From IMG/VR virus record IMGVR_UViG_3300049988_000286, positions 160,001 to 224,000 of that record: a DNA stretch of 64,000 nucleotides; one strand, 5' to 3'. The notes beneath the pieces are model-generated. The model saw only the letters and a program-made list of their open reading frames with translations, did not search any database and was not told where the DNA came from. The position numbers and the translations under genes are program-made. Each line of letters opens with the position of its first letter. The stretch's first letter is position 1. Positions 1 through 8,505 of the stretch are shown in pieces. This DNA comes from a virus. Taxonomy: Duplodnaviria > Caudoviricetes.

Positions 1-28
1 GCACGCGGTAAACTTCGCGGGAGATATC

Positions 29-247
29 ATGCATAAAGGTCTGGAACAAGCGACCCTGCTCTGGGTCGAACTTCATCCCTACTGGCAGACCGCCGATCAC
101 TCCGGCTTTATTCTGGGAGTCTATTACTTTGTCGCCGTCCCATTCATCACCGAGACCATCAATGAAATAGGGCGGGTCGGTGACGCAGAGATGCACCGAA
201 GAGTCTGGGATATTCTTGAGTGCGGTAAGGGCATCGCCATTTATTAG
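29..247 (+). CDS. hypothetical protein, 72 aa
   Basis: ORF with GGGAG SD-like sequence upstream; no recognisable motif. Confidence 0.4.
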   Translation: MHKGLEQATLLWVELHPYWQTADHSGFILGVYYFVAVPFITETINEIGRVGDAEMHRRVWDILECGKGIAIY

Positions 248-383
248 TTGAACCATGCCCTGTTATACTTGGCGGCGGGACGTGCTCGCAATATTGTCCC
301 GCCGCCAAGGGCATGGTGGTTGCTTGAAAGTGCTCGATCGTTGCGGCGAGCATGTTGTAGAAAGTTTCCCGAAAACTTTAGCC

Positions 384-389
384 TAAATA
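384..389 (+). promoter_or_regulatory. T4-like late promoter core TAAATA, 4 nt before the MTase ATG
   Basis: cctaaatacattATG; the same hexamer precedes most structural genes in the window. Confidence 0.65.
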
Positions 390-393
390 CATT

Positions 394-1206
394 ATGGACG
401 ACTTTAATGACGGCTCGGTTCGCCTATTTCACGGCGATTGTTTAAGCAAGATGCAAGAGATCGCCGATCAGAGTGTTGAATTAATACTATGTGATCTCCC
501 CTATGGGACAACTGCTTGTGCGTGGGACTCGATCATCGATCTCAATGCCATGTGGTCCGCGTATCGCCGCATCATCACACCAACGGGCGCGATCGTGTTG
601 ACTGCCGCCCAACCATTTACTTCGGTGCTCGCAGTCTCAAACCTCGAATGGTTCAAATACACTTGGGTGTGGGAAAAGAATCGACCCACCAATTTCGCAC
701 ATGCCAAGAACAAACCAATGAAGAAGCATGAGGACATTCTAGTATTCTCTCCCGGAACTACGGTTCACAAGAGCCAGAGCAAAACGCGGATGACATACAA
801 CCCACAGGGAGTGCAGCAGATCACTCCGAAGAAGGTAACGAAGAAAGCGAGCGAGAAGACCGACGCTTTCTTCGCAGACCGCCCCGGTCACCGAGAGTTC
901 GAAAGGAAGGAGGCGGGCTTCCCGCACTCTATCTTGACCTTTGCTACTGACCAGCTTGGTCTCCACCCCACGGCAAAGCCCATCGACCTCATGCGCTATC
1001 TGGTGCGGACCTACAGCAACCTCGGCGAGACTGTGCTCGATAACACGATGGGGAGTGGTTCCACCGGTATCGCGGCAGTCATGGAAGGACGCAAGTTCAT
1101 CGGGATCGAGCAGGATGACCACTACTTTGAAATGTCGCGACGACGGATAGTCGAGGTGAGTGAGCCCAACCCCGTCGAGGACGGGGATGGGATTATCATC
1201 GCCTGA
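394..1206 (+). CDS. DNA N4-cytosine/N6-adenine methyltransferase, beta class, orphan
   Basis: catalytic motif IV ILCDLPY near the N-terminus; HPTAKP; SAM-binding motif I VLDNTMGSGSTG near the C-terminus. Confidence 0.9.
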   Translation: MDDFNDGSVRLFHGDCLSKMQEIADQSVELILCDLPYGTTACAWDSIIDLNAMWSAYRRIITPTGAIVLTAAQPFTSVLAVSNLEWFKYTWVWEKNRPTNFAHAKNKPMKKHEDILVFSPGTTVHKSQSKTRMTYNPQGVQQITPKKVTKKASEKTDAFFADRPGHREFERKEAGFPHSILTFATDQLGLHPTAKPIDLMRYLVRTYSNLGETVLDNTMGSGSTGIAAVMEGRKFIGIEQDDHYFEMSRRRIVEVSEPNPVEDGDGIIIA

Positions 1207-2110
1207 AGTCGCGCAGAGCATCTGGGAGAGACGAGTAGGTCTTGAGTTTAGTCACGCGGTCACGAAAATGATAAAGGTTCTCGTGACCCGCCTCGCGAAC
1301 CAGCGACATATGCGATTTCGCCAGCCATGTGTTGAACACCTCGCGATCGTCCGGAATAGCCTTGACATTGGTTTGCCTACGCAGCAGCGGCACTTCATCT
1401 TCGTAGCGTTTGATGATTTGGCTAAAACTCGGCCAGTCTGATGGCCCAGATAGCGTGATATTGTCCGCCCTGATCATTGTCATGCCGAAGTGATTACCGC
1501 TACCCGCATAACCGAGTAAGGGTATTTGATCGAAGTTGAAGCCGATCAGAGCACTCATTAACAGCATCACCCAAGCCTCTGCTTTCGTGTCGCGCTTATC
1601 ATAGTGGCTGACGATTTCCGCCATTGCCTCTGGATAGAGACGCGAAGCGTTGTCGTGGAACCACGCGCAGAACGTGCTACGAGACCATTGCGTGATGGTG
1701 ACCACGACCGTGGCACGCGGTGCAAGATGGCGCGAGAGTGTCCTCTCAATCCACAGACCAATATCTGGGGTGATCCCCGACATGAGATCGAGGTTGACTA
1801 GATCGTAGGGCTTTGTGGGAACGAAGCATTCAACGGGTGTATGGATGATTTCGATCCGGTCAGCACCGACCGAGCCGTTAAGATAAAGACGATCTCGGGT
1901 TTTGCCCATGTGAACAAGCTCGGAAGTTTCGTGTTCGATCCACGTCTGCTCGGTCTGCGCCGTGATAGCATCGAGGCGTAGCATGTCACGGACATCGAGC
2001 GCCTCTCGGCCCGGCAAGGTCAGGAGGCTCTTGTAGGGCATACGAGGAAGTGTACCAAACACGATCTCCCGCGCATCATTCTTGCCGTCATTATCGTAGT
2101 CGAGCATCAT
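1196..2110 (-). CDS. putative class I SAM-dependent methyltransferase-fold protein, 304 aa
   Basis: LLTLPGREALDV (motif I-like), WIEHE (acidic strand-2 end), YDLVNLDLM (motif IV-like); ATGA overlap with the upstream helicase. Confidence 0.5.
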   Translation of the reverse strand: MMLDYDNDGKNDAREIVFGTLPRMPYKSLLTLPGREALDVRDMLRLDAITAQTEQTWIEHETSELVHMGKTRDRLYLNGSVGADRIEIIHTPVECFVPTKPYDLVNLDLMSGITPDIGLWIERTLSRHLAPRATVVVTITQWSRSTFCAWFHDNASRLYPEAMAEIVSHYDKRDTKAEAWVMLLMSALIGFNFDQIPLLGYAGSGNHFGMTMIRADNITLSGPSDWPSFSQIIKRYEDEVPLLRRQTNVKAIPDDREVFNTWLAKSHMSLVREAGHENLYHFRDRVTKLKTYSSLPDALRDFRR

Positions 2111-4383
2111 GCCATTTTACTCTTGGAAATAGCGACCTGATGCGATTCGCGACGGTGTAGGCTGCGCGCGCTGGGGCCGACTTTAACCGGCACCACGACG
2201 TTCTCGGGAGTCTCCTCGAACTTGATATACTCCCTATCAACCAGCATGGTTACGAGGTGAACCACAGGGGTGCCGCTGCGTAGATCGAACGAAACGCGAA
2301 ACCGACGCTTTTTGGCATCGAGGAGCGTGGTGCGATTGTTGTGGCCGCTGGTCTTCCGGCCCCCCTTGCCGCCGTACTTGATGAAGTGATTACGGATGTC
2401 GATCTCGACGTGCTTCTGCTCGTTGACAGGATAGTGCACCCCATCTGGGCGCGTAGTGCCCGGACGCAACAGCTTCGCGCCAACACCAGCCTTCGTCATC
2501 GCATCTTGCAGATCACCCCAATACGGTCCCACAATAGCTTCGATGTCGAAGTTGAGGTAACGCGAGCGGGCAAGGTCGGACGGCGCGGACGTGACCGGAC
2601 CCTTCGCCCATGAGAGTTTGGGTACCGGGCCGTTTGTCTGGATAACCTTGGCTTCTCCAAACTGTTTGTGCCCCACGTTGACCTTCGCCTCTCGGTCGTC
2701 GCGCCTCACGACGTGTCCGAACACGTCGGTAAATCGCTGCCGAAGAGCCGTGAGGTGTTTGTATTCGGATTTGGTGAAATCGATGATAACTTGGTCTAGC
2801 GTCTGGCCGTTACGCGGCAAGAAGTTTTCCATGACAATCGAGTTACTGCCCGGATTCTTACGTGGAATCTTCTCGTGATACTTGTCATAGTCGCGGCGAA
2901 ACAGCCCGATCATCTTTTCGTTCTCGTCGCTCACGATCACCATAGTGGACCGCTGGTCGATAATCTTGAACCATCCACTCATGCGACCCATCGTGCCCTG
3001 CTCCATAGCGATGGTGTTGCTGAATGCGTCAGTGAAGTCGAACGCGAGGGTGCATTCGGCGGGAACGCGATCCTGTCGCCGAGCCGCCCCTTTCACGACG
3101 ATCAGGCAATAACCGTCGTTCTCTGCTAGCACGTCATCGATCTGCTTGTATCGCTTCTGCCCCGGCAGTAGCCGACCCTTGCGCTTCATATGCGTGTCGT
3201 AGAATGGGACCAGCTTGATCCCTTGCTTGCGCAGGATGGGTTCAACGTGCTTCTCGAAGTGGGCAGTCGTTGCCGCCGACCCCACGCGCACGATCCCTGC
3301 ACGACCGCCATTGAACTTTAGGCCGTTGAACCCACGGCGGGACGGTGGGTTCATGCAGCATTCGTAAAGCACCTCTGCGAGTAATTCCGCCTGAAGCCGA
3401 GCGTCCTTCTTGCGGTGCGTGTTGTTGCTCGACAGGTTCGCCGTATAGCTGGCCAAGGTGAAATCTGCGAAGGCAGGGTTACGAACGAGCTTCGACACGG
3501 TAGTGAACCCAAGCACGGGGGTTCGTTTACCCGCAACGGTACCGCAATATCCGCTGTTTGGATCGATGTGAACTTTGTAGTGTTTATAGTTCTCGATCTC
3601 CCTGTAGGGGTAGCTGGTCGCCGAGATGAGCAATAGGCGCACCTCATAACCACGGTTGCGAAGCTCGACCATCCAGCGATCAAGAACACTGTTGATACCG
3701 CTCGCGGCGTCACCCTCGTCGATGACTAAAGTGATGATTGTGGCTCCGATTTCCGTCGCGCCAGCATCGATCTCGTCGATAGGTGTTTCAGTCGAGCGTT
3801 TGAACGACTTGATCAGCCCGTTCTTGCAAGCGTCTTGGATGGTGTAGACCTCGCCATCGAGGTGCAGCGAGGCGTGCAGATCGACGAAATCTTCGAGGTC
3901 GTTGTTGGTTTGATCGGCACCGATATTTTTACCGGGGTTGACCAGTGCAATATACTCGGGGTTGCCGTCACGCTCGTTAAGCAACGCCCGAATACCGACA
4001 GCGAAAATCGAGGATACGGTCTTGCCGTATTGTGTCTCCGCCTCCAGCGCAATGTGGCTGGTGCTGTCAAGCAGAGACAGCATGTTTGCGACGACCTCGC
4101 CCTTATCGACATGGGGCATGGCACCGGGATAGGAACTGATAACCTCGAACGCCGTTTCGCTGCGCAACTGCATCTTGGCGTAGATTTCTCGCTGACGCTC
4201 CACCGAGAGCTTTATGTGCAGTGAGTGCGCAAGCTGGGCGTCAACGGCGACCTCTTGGAAGTCGTCGTTGAGGAAGGTGGTCAGGTGATCGAGGTATTGG
4301 CGATGGCCTTCGCCAACGATCCGCTGCATATCGCGAACGGTGAACGTCGCCTTGTCGTTCTTGATGCGAGATCGGATGGCCAT
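2107..4383 (-). CDS. SF2 helicase-like ATPase, Z1-domain/restriction-subunit-like
   Basis: Walker A AETQYGKT, Walker B LVIDEGDAAS, motif III ISATS, motif VI QGTMGRMSGW; start 4383 chosen for coupling to the upstream stop (4416 is the alternative). Confidence 0.7.
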   Translation of the reverse strand: MAIRSRIKNDKATFTVRDMQRIVGEGHRQYLDHLTTFLNDDFQEVAVDAQLAHSLHIKLSVERQREIYAKMQLRSETAFEVISSYPGAMPHVDKGEVVANMLSLLDSTSHIALEAETQYGKTVSSIFAVGIRALLNERDGNPEYIALVNPGKNIGADQTNNDLEDFVDLHASLHLDGEVYTIQDACKNGLIKSFKRSTETPIDEIDAGATEIGATIITLVIDEGDAASGINSVLDRWMVELRNRGYEVRLLLISATSYPYREIENYKHYKVHIDPNSGYCGTVAGKRTPVLGFTTVSKLVRNPAFADFTLASYTANLSSNNTHRKKDARLQAELLAEVLYECCMNPPSRRGFNGLKFNGGRAGIVRVGSAATTAHFEKHVEPILRKQGIKLVPFYDTHMKRKGRLLPGQKRYKQIDDVLAENDGYCLIVVKGAARRQDRVPAECTLAFDFTDAFSNTIAMEQGTMGRMSGWFKIIDQRSTMVIVSDENEKMIGLFRRDYDKYHEKIPRKNPGSNSIVMENFLPRNGQTLDQVIIDFTKSEYKHLTALRQRFTDVFGHVVRRDDREAKVNVGHKQFGEAKVIQTNGPVPKLSWAKGPVTSAPSDLARSRYLNFDIEAIVGPYWGDLQDAMTKAGVGAKLLRPGTTRPDGVHYPVNEQKHVEIDIRNHFIKYGGKGGRKTSGHNNRTTLLDAKKRRFRVSFDLRSGTPVVHLVTMLVDREYIKFEETPENVVVPVKVGPSARSLHRRESHQVAISKSKMA

Positions 4384-4384
4384 C

Positions 4385-4753
4385 TTACTTCGTCGCCCGG
4401 AGAGAGTAAGTGCCATCGTCGTTCTTTACGAGGGGGCCAGTCTTGGGTAGGTTTTTGCCGCGACGCGAACCTTCGTTCTGCAACTCGACGAGAGCCCACG
4501 AAATGGTGTTCTTCGTCTCGGGAGTACCGCCGATACGCTCCCGAATCTGGTTAGCGGTAAGCGGCTTACGTGTGAGAGCCTTGAGGATGGGGGCGTGAAA
4601 ATCGGATGCCTTGGCATCCGACTTGGGGAGTGACTTTGGACCGCGTTTTGCGGGGCCGGAGATGGTAGAAAGGGTGACGGCGATCTCACCATCTGGCTGC
4701 ATCGCACCGAAATCGACGCGGAGCGCCTCACCTGCGTTCAACACCATGTGCAT
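4385..4753 (-). CDS. winged-helix DNA-binding protein, 122 aa
   Basis: ILKALTRKPLTANQIRERIGG...TISWALVELQNEG...LVKNDDGTYSL pattern; SD GAGGAGA 7 nt upstream of ATG 4753. Confidence 0.6.
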   Translation of the reverse strand: MHMVLNAGEALRVDFGAMQPDGEIAVTLSTISGPAKRGPKSLPKSDAKASDFHAPILKALTRKPLTANQIRERIGGTPETKNTISWALVELQNEGSRRGKNLPKTGPLVKNDDGTYSLRATK

Positions 4754-4849
4754 AAAAGATTCTCCTCTTGAAACCGAGGGAACTATCATACTTTTGTGAG
4801 TTTGCAAGCGAAAACTCGCAACGACATAAGGTGCTGTGGGTGCCTTTCC

Positions 4850-4981
4850 TTACTTCTTGGAATGGTCACCTCCCCGACACCCGCACTCCGCTTCCTCGGG
4901 AGTGTCTCCCAACATCTCCCTGACCTCGCGGCACAGGGCCTCGTCCTTCTCCGGTGCTTTGTGCTTCTCACCCTTGCTCAT
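4850..4981 (-). CDS. small hypothetical protein, 43 aa (MSKGEKHK...)
   Basis: GGAGG SD upstream; fills the gap between the endonuclease and wHTH genes. Confidence 0.5.
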   Translation of the reverse strand: MSKGEKHKAPEKDEALCREVREMLGDTPEEAECGCRGGDHSKK

Positions 4982-5807
4982 GCTCTTTCCTCCAATGGAA
5001 TTTACCGGCAGTCTTTGCCTGACCGTTGACGCACATCTGGATGCTGGACGCTGCAATCCCAGTATTTTTAGATGCCTCTGTGCAAGTTCTAAACGAGGCT
5101 ACCTCGCTACCGTCCGGGTTCAACTGCACGATCCGGTAATCAGTCTTCTTTTGACGATGCACGATCGGTGGGATCACTTCCACGTTGTGGCCCATCTTTG
5201 CTTGGATCACCAAACCGTCTTCAGTCCGCGTAGTACGGCTTTTACCTAGAAGCACCTGATTGAGAAGGCGATAGTCGATACCAAGTTCCGTCGCCGCCGA
5301 CCTCTGTGAGGTGTATTGCCCAATCGGTACACCGTCAGCGCCGTAAATCGTTACAGGCTTCGAAAATCGATCTGTCATGTCAGGCCGCTTTCGGCCCACG
5401 TTGATTTTGTTGCCAATCTTCTTCTCGGACATGATCGCTTTGGTGGCTTCCGTGTGGCGAAGGCCGTTCGCACCCTCTCCACCAAGGGTCAGGTTCGCAA
5501 GAGGCCCGGTGCCGTCACAACGCCTTCCAATTTGACCGATAAGCGCAATCTCGATCGCTTGGGCCATCTTCTCGGTCTCAACCGTCGCAAGGACATCTTC
5601 TACGATCTTCAGCCCATTCCTCCACGCCTTCCTGATAATATGCGCTTTGATCGTCTTGGCATCCCGCTTTCGAGCATCACAGAGATGCTCATTGAGACGA
5701 CGAGAACCGACAAAAGAGATGCCGATGTAAAAGGGGACTTCTTGTCCCTCTACTCGCAATTGATAAACATAATGTGACACGATGCTAAACTCCGATAGAA
5801 AGATCAT
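4968..5807 (-). CDS. free-standing GIY-YIG homing endonuclease with NUMOD3/NUMOD1-like DNA-binding repeats
   Basis: YVY..FYIG, RRLNEH, IEIALI, LANLTLGGEG, HTEATKAIMSEKKIG, FRTCTEASKNTG. Confidence 0.8.
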   Translation of the reverse strand: MIFLSEFSIVSHYVYQLRVEGQEVPFYIGISFVGSRRLNEHLCDARKRDAKTIKAHIIRKAWRNGLKIVEDVLATVETEKMAQAIEIALIGQIGRRCDGTGPLANLTLGGEGANGLRHTEATKAIMSEKKIGNKINVGRKRPDMTDRFSKPVTIYGADGVPIGQYTSQRSAATELGIDYRLLNQVLLGKSRTTRTEDGLVIQAKMGHNVEVIPPIVHRQKKTDYRIVQLNPDGSEVASFRTCTEASKNTGIAASSIQMCVNGQAKTAGKFHWRKEHEQG

Positions 5808-5814
5808 CTGTCGT

Positions 5815-5820
5815 TATTTA
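5815..5820 (-). promoter_or_regulatory. late promoter TAAATA for the homing endonuclease
   Basis: TAAATA 7 nt upstream of ATG 5807. Confidence 0.55.
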
Positions 5821-5837
5821 GCATCGTGTCCATTCAA

Positions 5838-7217
5838 CTACGCAGCCGCGCGATCCCTCACTTCGGCAAGCGTCGTCGAACCGACCGCAAGACCATCGAG
5901 GAAGCGTCGCTTGAGGAGGTCGCCTTCCGCGCCGTAAGCGACGGTGACGATTTGACCATCAATGCGCACCACCGAGAGGCGTCCGCGCTTCGAGCGCTTG
6001 CTGTGATCACCCACCGGGTCTTTGTAAACGTCGATCCACTCACCGTTGATGCGAGCCGCGCAGCACTTCATGGCGAACTTGAGATCATCGCGGTTGACGA
6101 TCTGGAGCAACCCGCCGCCCATGCCGAAGGCAATATTGTCGAGCGAGTAGCCAGCCGCCAAGACGTTCCGGATGAGGATCAGGAGCGTCTTGTGCGTGAT
6201 CCCATCTCCTTGGATGATCCGAACCGCCGGGTTGAGGACGCGAAAACCTTTGCTGTTGACGGTGTGGCCGAACGCCGCATCGAGGCGCTGTAGGATTTCC
6301 ACGGGCACCATTGTGGGGTCACCACTGTCAGGACGAACGACAACGACGGTGCCGCTATCGAGCACCTCTTGTTTGAGTTCGACGCCCCAGATGTTCGACA
6401 CCGCATTGTAGATGTCGTAGCTGTCCGAGACGGCGGAGATCATCACGCCGCGACCACCCAGCTTCGTCATCATGTTCCGATACGCTTGCGCCTCATGCGA
6501 GCGACCGAAGCTGGTGACCGTCGAGTGCTCCATCGCCGAAATCGAGTTGCCGGGCATCTCGTCAGCGTAGAAGCGACGCCCCGCCACGAGCGCTTCGAGG
6601 GTGTCGGTTCCACGGAAGTTGACGAGATGAGCGATCCCGCCGATTGCGGCGCTCTCGCCGCTTGACACGCCGCGTGCACCGAAATCGTGAAGCTTGAAGG
6701 GGATTTGACCCTGCGGATCGTCGGAACTCTCCACGAGGCCGTCCATGATCATCTGGCGGCACATGTAGGAATTTGTAGCTACCGTCGTGGGATACCAGAT
6801 GGCGCGAAGCAGCGCGGTTTCGAGGAACGAAGTCAGCCAGAAGAACTCCGGATCGGTGTTGACGATGGTGACGAGCGGGGTGCCGGTCGGCACAACCATG
6901 CCTTCGTCGATCGCGCGAATCTCCACCGGGAGCCTACCACCGTGCTTATCGACGAGAAGCCGCCATCCCTCTTCGAAGAAGGGCACGCCATAGAGGGGCG
7001 ACATCGCGACGGCCTCATCGACCATCGCGTGGGTTACGGGATTGGTGAGGATGCGATCTCGAAACATCTGAAGACCGAAGTAGCAGATACGATCCCAGAT
7101 GCCGCCACGGCTCTCGATGTAGGAGTAAACGTACTCCGTGCCTCCGGGGTATTGATATGCGTGCGACCACTTGTAGCCGTCGCTCATGATGCAGATGTTG
7201 TCGGTAAAGGTAGTCAT
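5838..7217 (-). CDS. nadV: nicotinamide phosphoribosyltransferase (NAMPT)
   Basis: SDGYKWSH, LHDFGARG, SAMEHS, VVVRPDSGDP, IIQGDG, FGMGGGLLQ; the track start ATG 7235 lies inside the SD, so 7217 is preferred. Confidence 0.95.
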   Translation of the reverse strand: MTTFTDNICIMSDGYKWSHAYQYPGGTEYVYSYIESRGGIWDRICYFGLQMFRDRILTNPVTHAMVDEAVAMSPLYGVPFFEEGWRLLVDKHGGRLPVEIRAIDEGMVVPTGTPLVTIVNTDPEFFWLTSFLETALLRAIWYPTTVATNSYMCRQMIMDGLVESSDDPQGQIPFKLHDFGARGVSSGESAAIGGIAHLVNFRGTDTLEALVAGRRFYADEMPGNSISAMEHSTVTSFGRSHEAQAYRNMMTKLGGRGVMISAVSDSYDIYNAVSNIWGVELKQEVLDSGTVVVVRPDSGDPTMVPVEILQRLDAAFGHTVNSKGFRVLNPAVRIIQGDGITHKTLLILIRNVLAAGYSLDNIAFGMGGGLLQIVNRDDLKFAMKCCAARINGEWIDVYKDPVGDHSKRSKRGRLSVVRIDGQIVTVAYGAEGDLLKRRFLDGLAVGSTTLAEVRDRAAA

Positions 7218-7238
7218 GATAATGGAATCCTCCATTAA

Positions 7239-7261
7239 GCCGCTCCATTCACCGGAGCGGC
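7239..7261 (-). promoter_or_regulatory. RNA hairpin GCCGCUCC-GGUGAAU-GGAGCGGC in the NAMPT leader
   Basis: perfect 8-bp stem; same loop as the hairpin at 8406-8428. Confidence 0.55.
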
Positions 7262-7271
7262 GGGGTTGATA

Positions 7272-8381
7272 TTACTTCTTCGGGGTCTTGAGCATTGCCT
7301 TGAGGGTTTCGATGATCGCGAAATGATCCTCGAACATCATCTCCGACTTGATGTCCGCGATAGGAACCCAGCGAGCCACCTTGGCATCGCTGCGACCCTT
7401 GACCTTCGGGAGGGGTCCATCTTCCAGCTTGATCAGGAAGACTTGCGAAACGACGCGGCCACGATCGCTGCGGTAGGGATAGTTGGCATTCATCTGGCCA
7501 ACCATCCCGCCCTTGAGGCGACTGTTATTCACGTCGATCTTGGTCTCTTCGCGAAGCTCGCGGATGAACGCATCTTCGTGCCATTCGCGGTTTTCGAGGA
7601 AGCCTCCGGGAAGCGCGAGCAGACCCTGCCCCGGAATGTTCTTTCGCTCGATGAGGAGCACGTGCCCGCTCTGAACCACCATGGCATCGACAGTGTTGTG
7701 AACGACCGTGGGGCGGAAACCGAGTTCCTTCTCCACCATGTCAGCAGCCTTCTCGAAGGCCCGGCGATAGTTCTGGTTGTAATCGACTTCGCGGAACAAG
7801 TGGGAAAGATCACCGCCACGCAAAAGATCACGGATGGTAGCGTTGGTGCCAAGCGGAACGCTCTTCGCCGATTCAGGTGACCACCGCTTTGATGCATACA
7901 AGGCGTCGCGCATGTTGGTAGCCGAGAGGTTATCGTGAAGGCTCTCAACCCCGATCGACTCCCACTGCGGGAACATATCGAGGAAGAAATGATTCCCCTT
8001 CTCGTCCTTGGCGTGCCCGATCAACGCGATCTTGGGCTTGTTTTCCCACGGACCGGTATCGTCGATGACGCGCGACATCGCGGACTGAACGTCCTCCTGC
8101 CATTGCAGATTGGAGTAAGGAGCGTCTCGAACAGCGGAGATCAGGATACGATCATGGAAGCGCGGATCGAACGATCCACGGATCATCTCCTTGACTTCGT
8201 TGAACGAGAAGGGAGAGCGCTCCGTGCGCGGCTGGAAGCACGAACCAACGATGACGTGGACGTACTTGGAGCGGGTGAGCGCAATTTCGATGATGCGATG
8301 GTGAGCGTTGTGGAAGGGGCGAAACCTGCCGATAAAAACGCAAAAATCGTACTGGCCCCCATCGGGGCGGTCGTCTGACAT
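7272..8381 (-). CDS. nadM: bifunctional NMN adenylyltransferase / Nudix ADP-ribose pyrophosphatase (NadM-Nudix, NatV-like)
   Basis: FIGRFRPFHNAH nucleotidyltransferase motif, IGHAKD, LSATNMRD, Nudix box GGFLENRE..RELREET, GRSDA, MFEDH. Confidence 0.92.
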   Translation of the reverse strand: MSDDRPDGGQYDFCVFIGRFRPFHNAHHRIIEIALTRSKYVHVIVGSCFQPRTERSPFSFNEVKEMIRGSFDPRFHDRILISAVRDAPYSNLQWQEDVQSAMSRVIDDTGPWENKPKIALIGHAKDEKGNHFFLDMFPQWESIGVESLHDNLSATNMRDALYASKRWSPESAKSVPLGTNATIRDLLRGGDLSHLFREVDYNQNYRRAFEKAADMVEKELGFRPTVVHNTVDAMVVQSGHVLLIERKNIPGQGLLALPGGFLENREWHEDAFIRELREETKIDVNNSRLKGGMVGQMNANYPYRSDRGRVVSQVFLIKLEDGPLPKVKGRSDAKVARWVPIADIKSEMMFEDHFAIIETLKAMLKTPKK

Positions 8382-8405
8382 TATATCCTCCATCAGAAGG
8401 GTTGC

Positions 8406-8428
8406 TGCGACCCATTCACCGGATCACA
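8406..8428 (-). promoter_or_regulatory. RNA hairpin UGUGAUCC-GGUGAAU-GGGUCGCA in the NadM leader
   Basis: 8-bp stem with two G-U pairs that form only on the mRNA strand. Confidence 0.55.
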
Positions 8429-8432
8429 CTTC

Positions 8433-8438
8433 TATTTA
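8433..8438 (-). promoter_or_regulatory. late promoter TAAATA for the nadM-nadV operon
   Basis: intergenic TAAATA about 50 nt upstream of nadM. Confidence 0.55.
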
Positions 8439-8470
8439 GGCCAATGCGGCTCCCTCGGTCAATATAAATC

Positions 8471-8499
8471 TTGCACCGCCGAACTATATCCGCTATGCC
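8471..8499 (+). promoter_or_regulatory. sigma70-type promoter TTGCAC-N17-TATGCC
   Basis: predicted +1 coincides with ATG 8506. Confidence 0.5.
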
Positions 8500-8505
8500 A
8501 CGGTT

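Noticed and set aside
394-4416. Type III restriction-modification (Mod + Res)
   Set aside because: The genes are convergent, the MTase is short and orphan-like, and the helicase shows no PD-(D/E)xK nuclease domain
7217-8393. Track starts 7235 and 8393 (MEDS.../MEDI...)
   Set aside because: Those ATGs are part of the ATGGAGGA Shine-Dalgarno; the downstream ATGs have proper spacing
7239-8428. Known NAD-I/NAD-II riboswitch or NrtR box
   Set aside because: The elements are single short hairpins and lack the multi-stem architecture or AT-rich palindrome I associate with those; kept as an unknown motif instead
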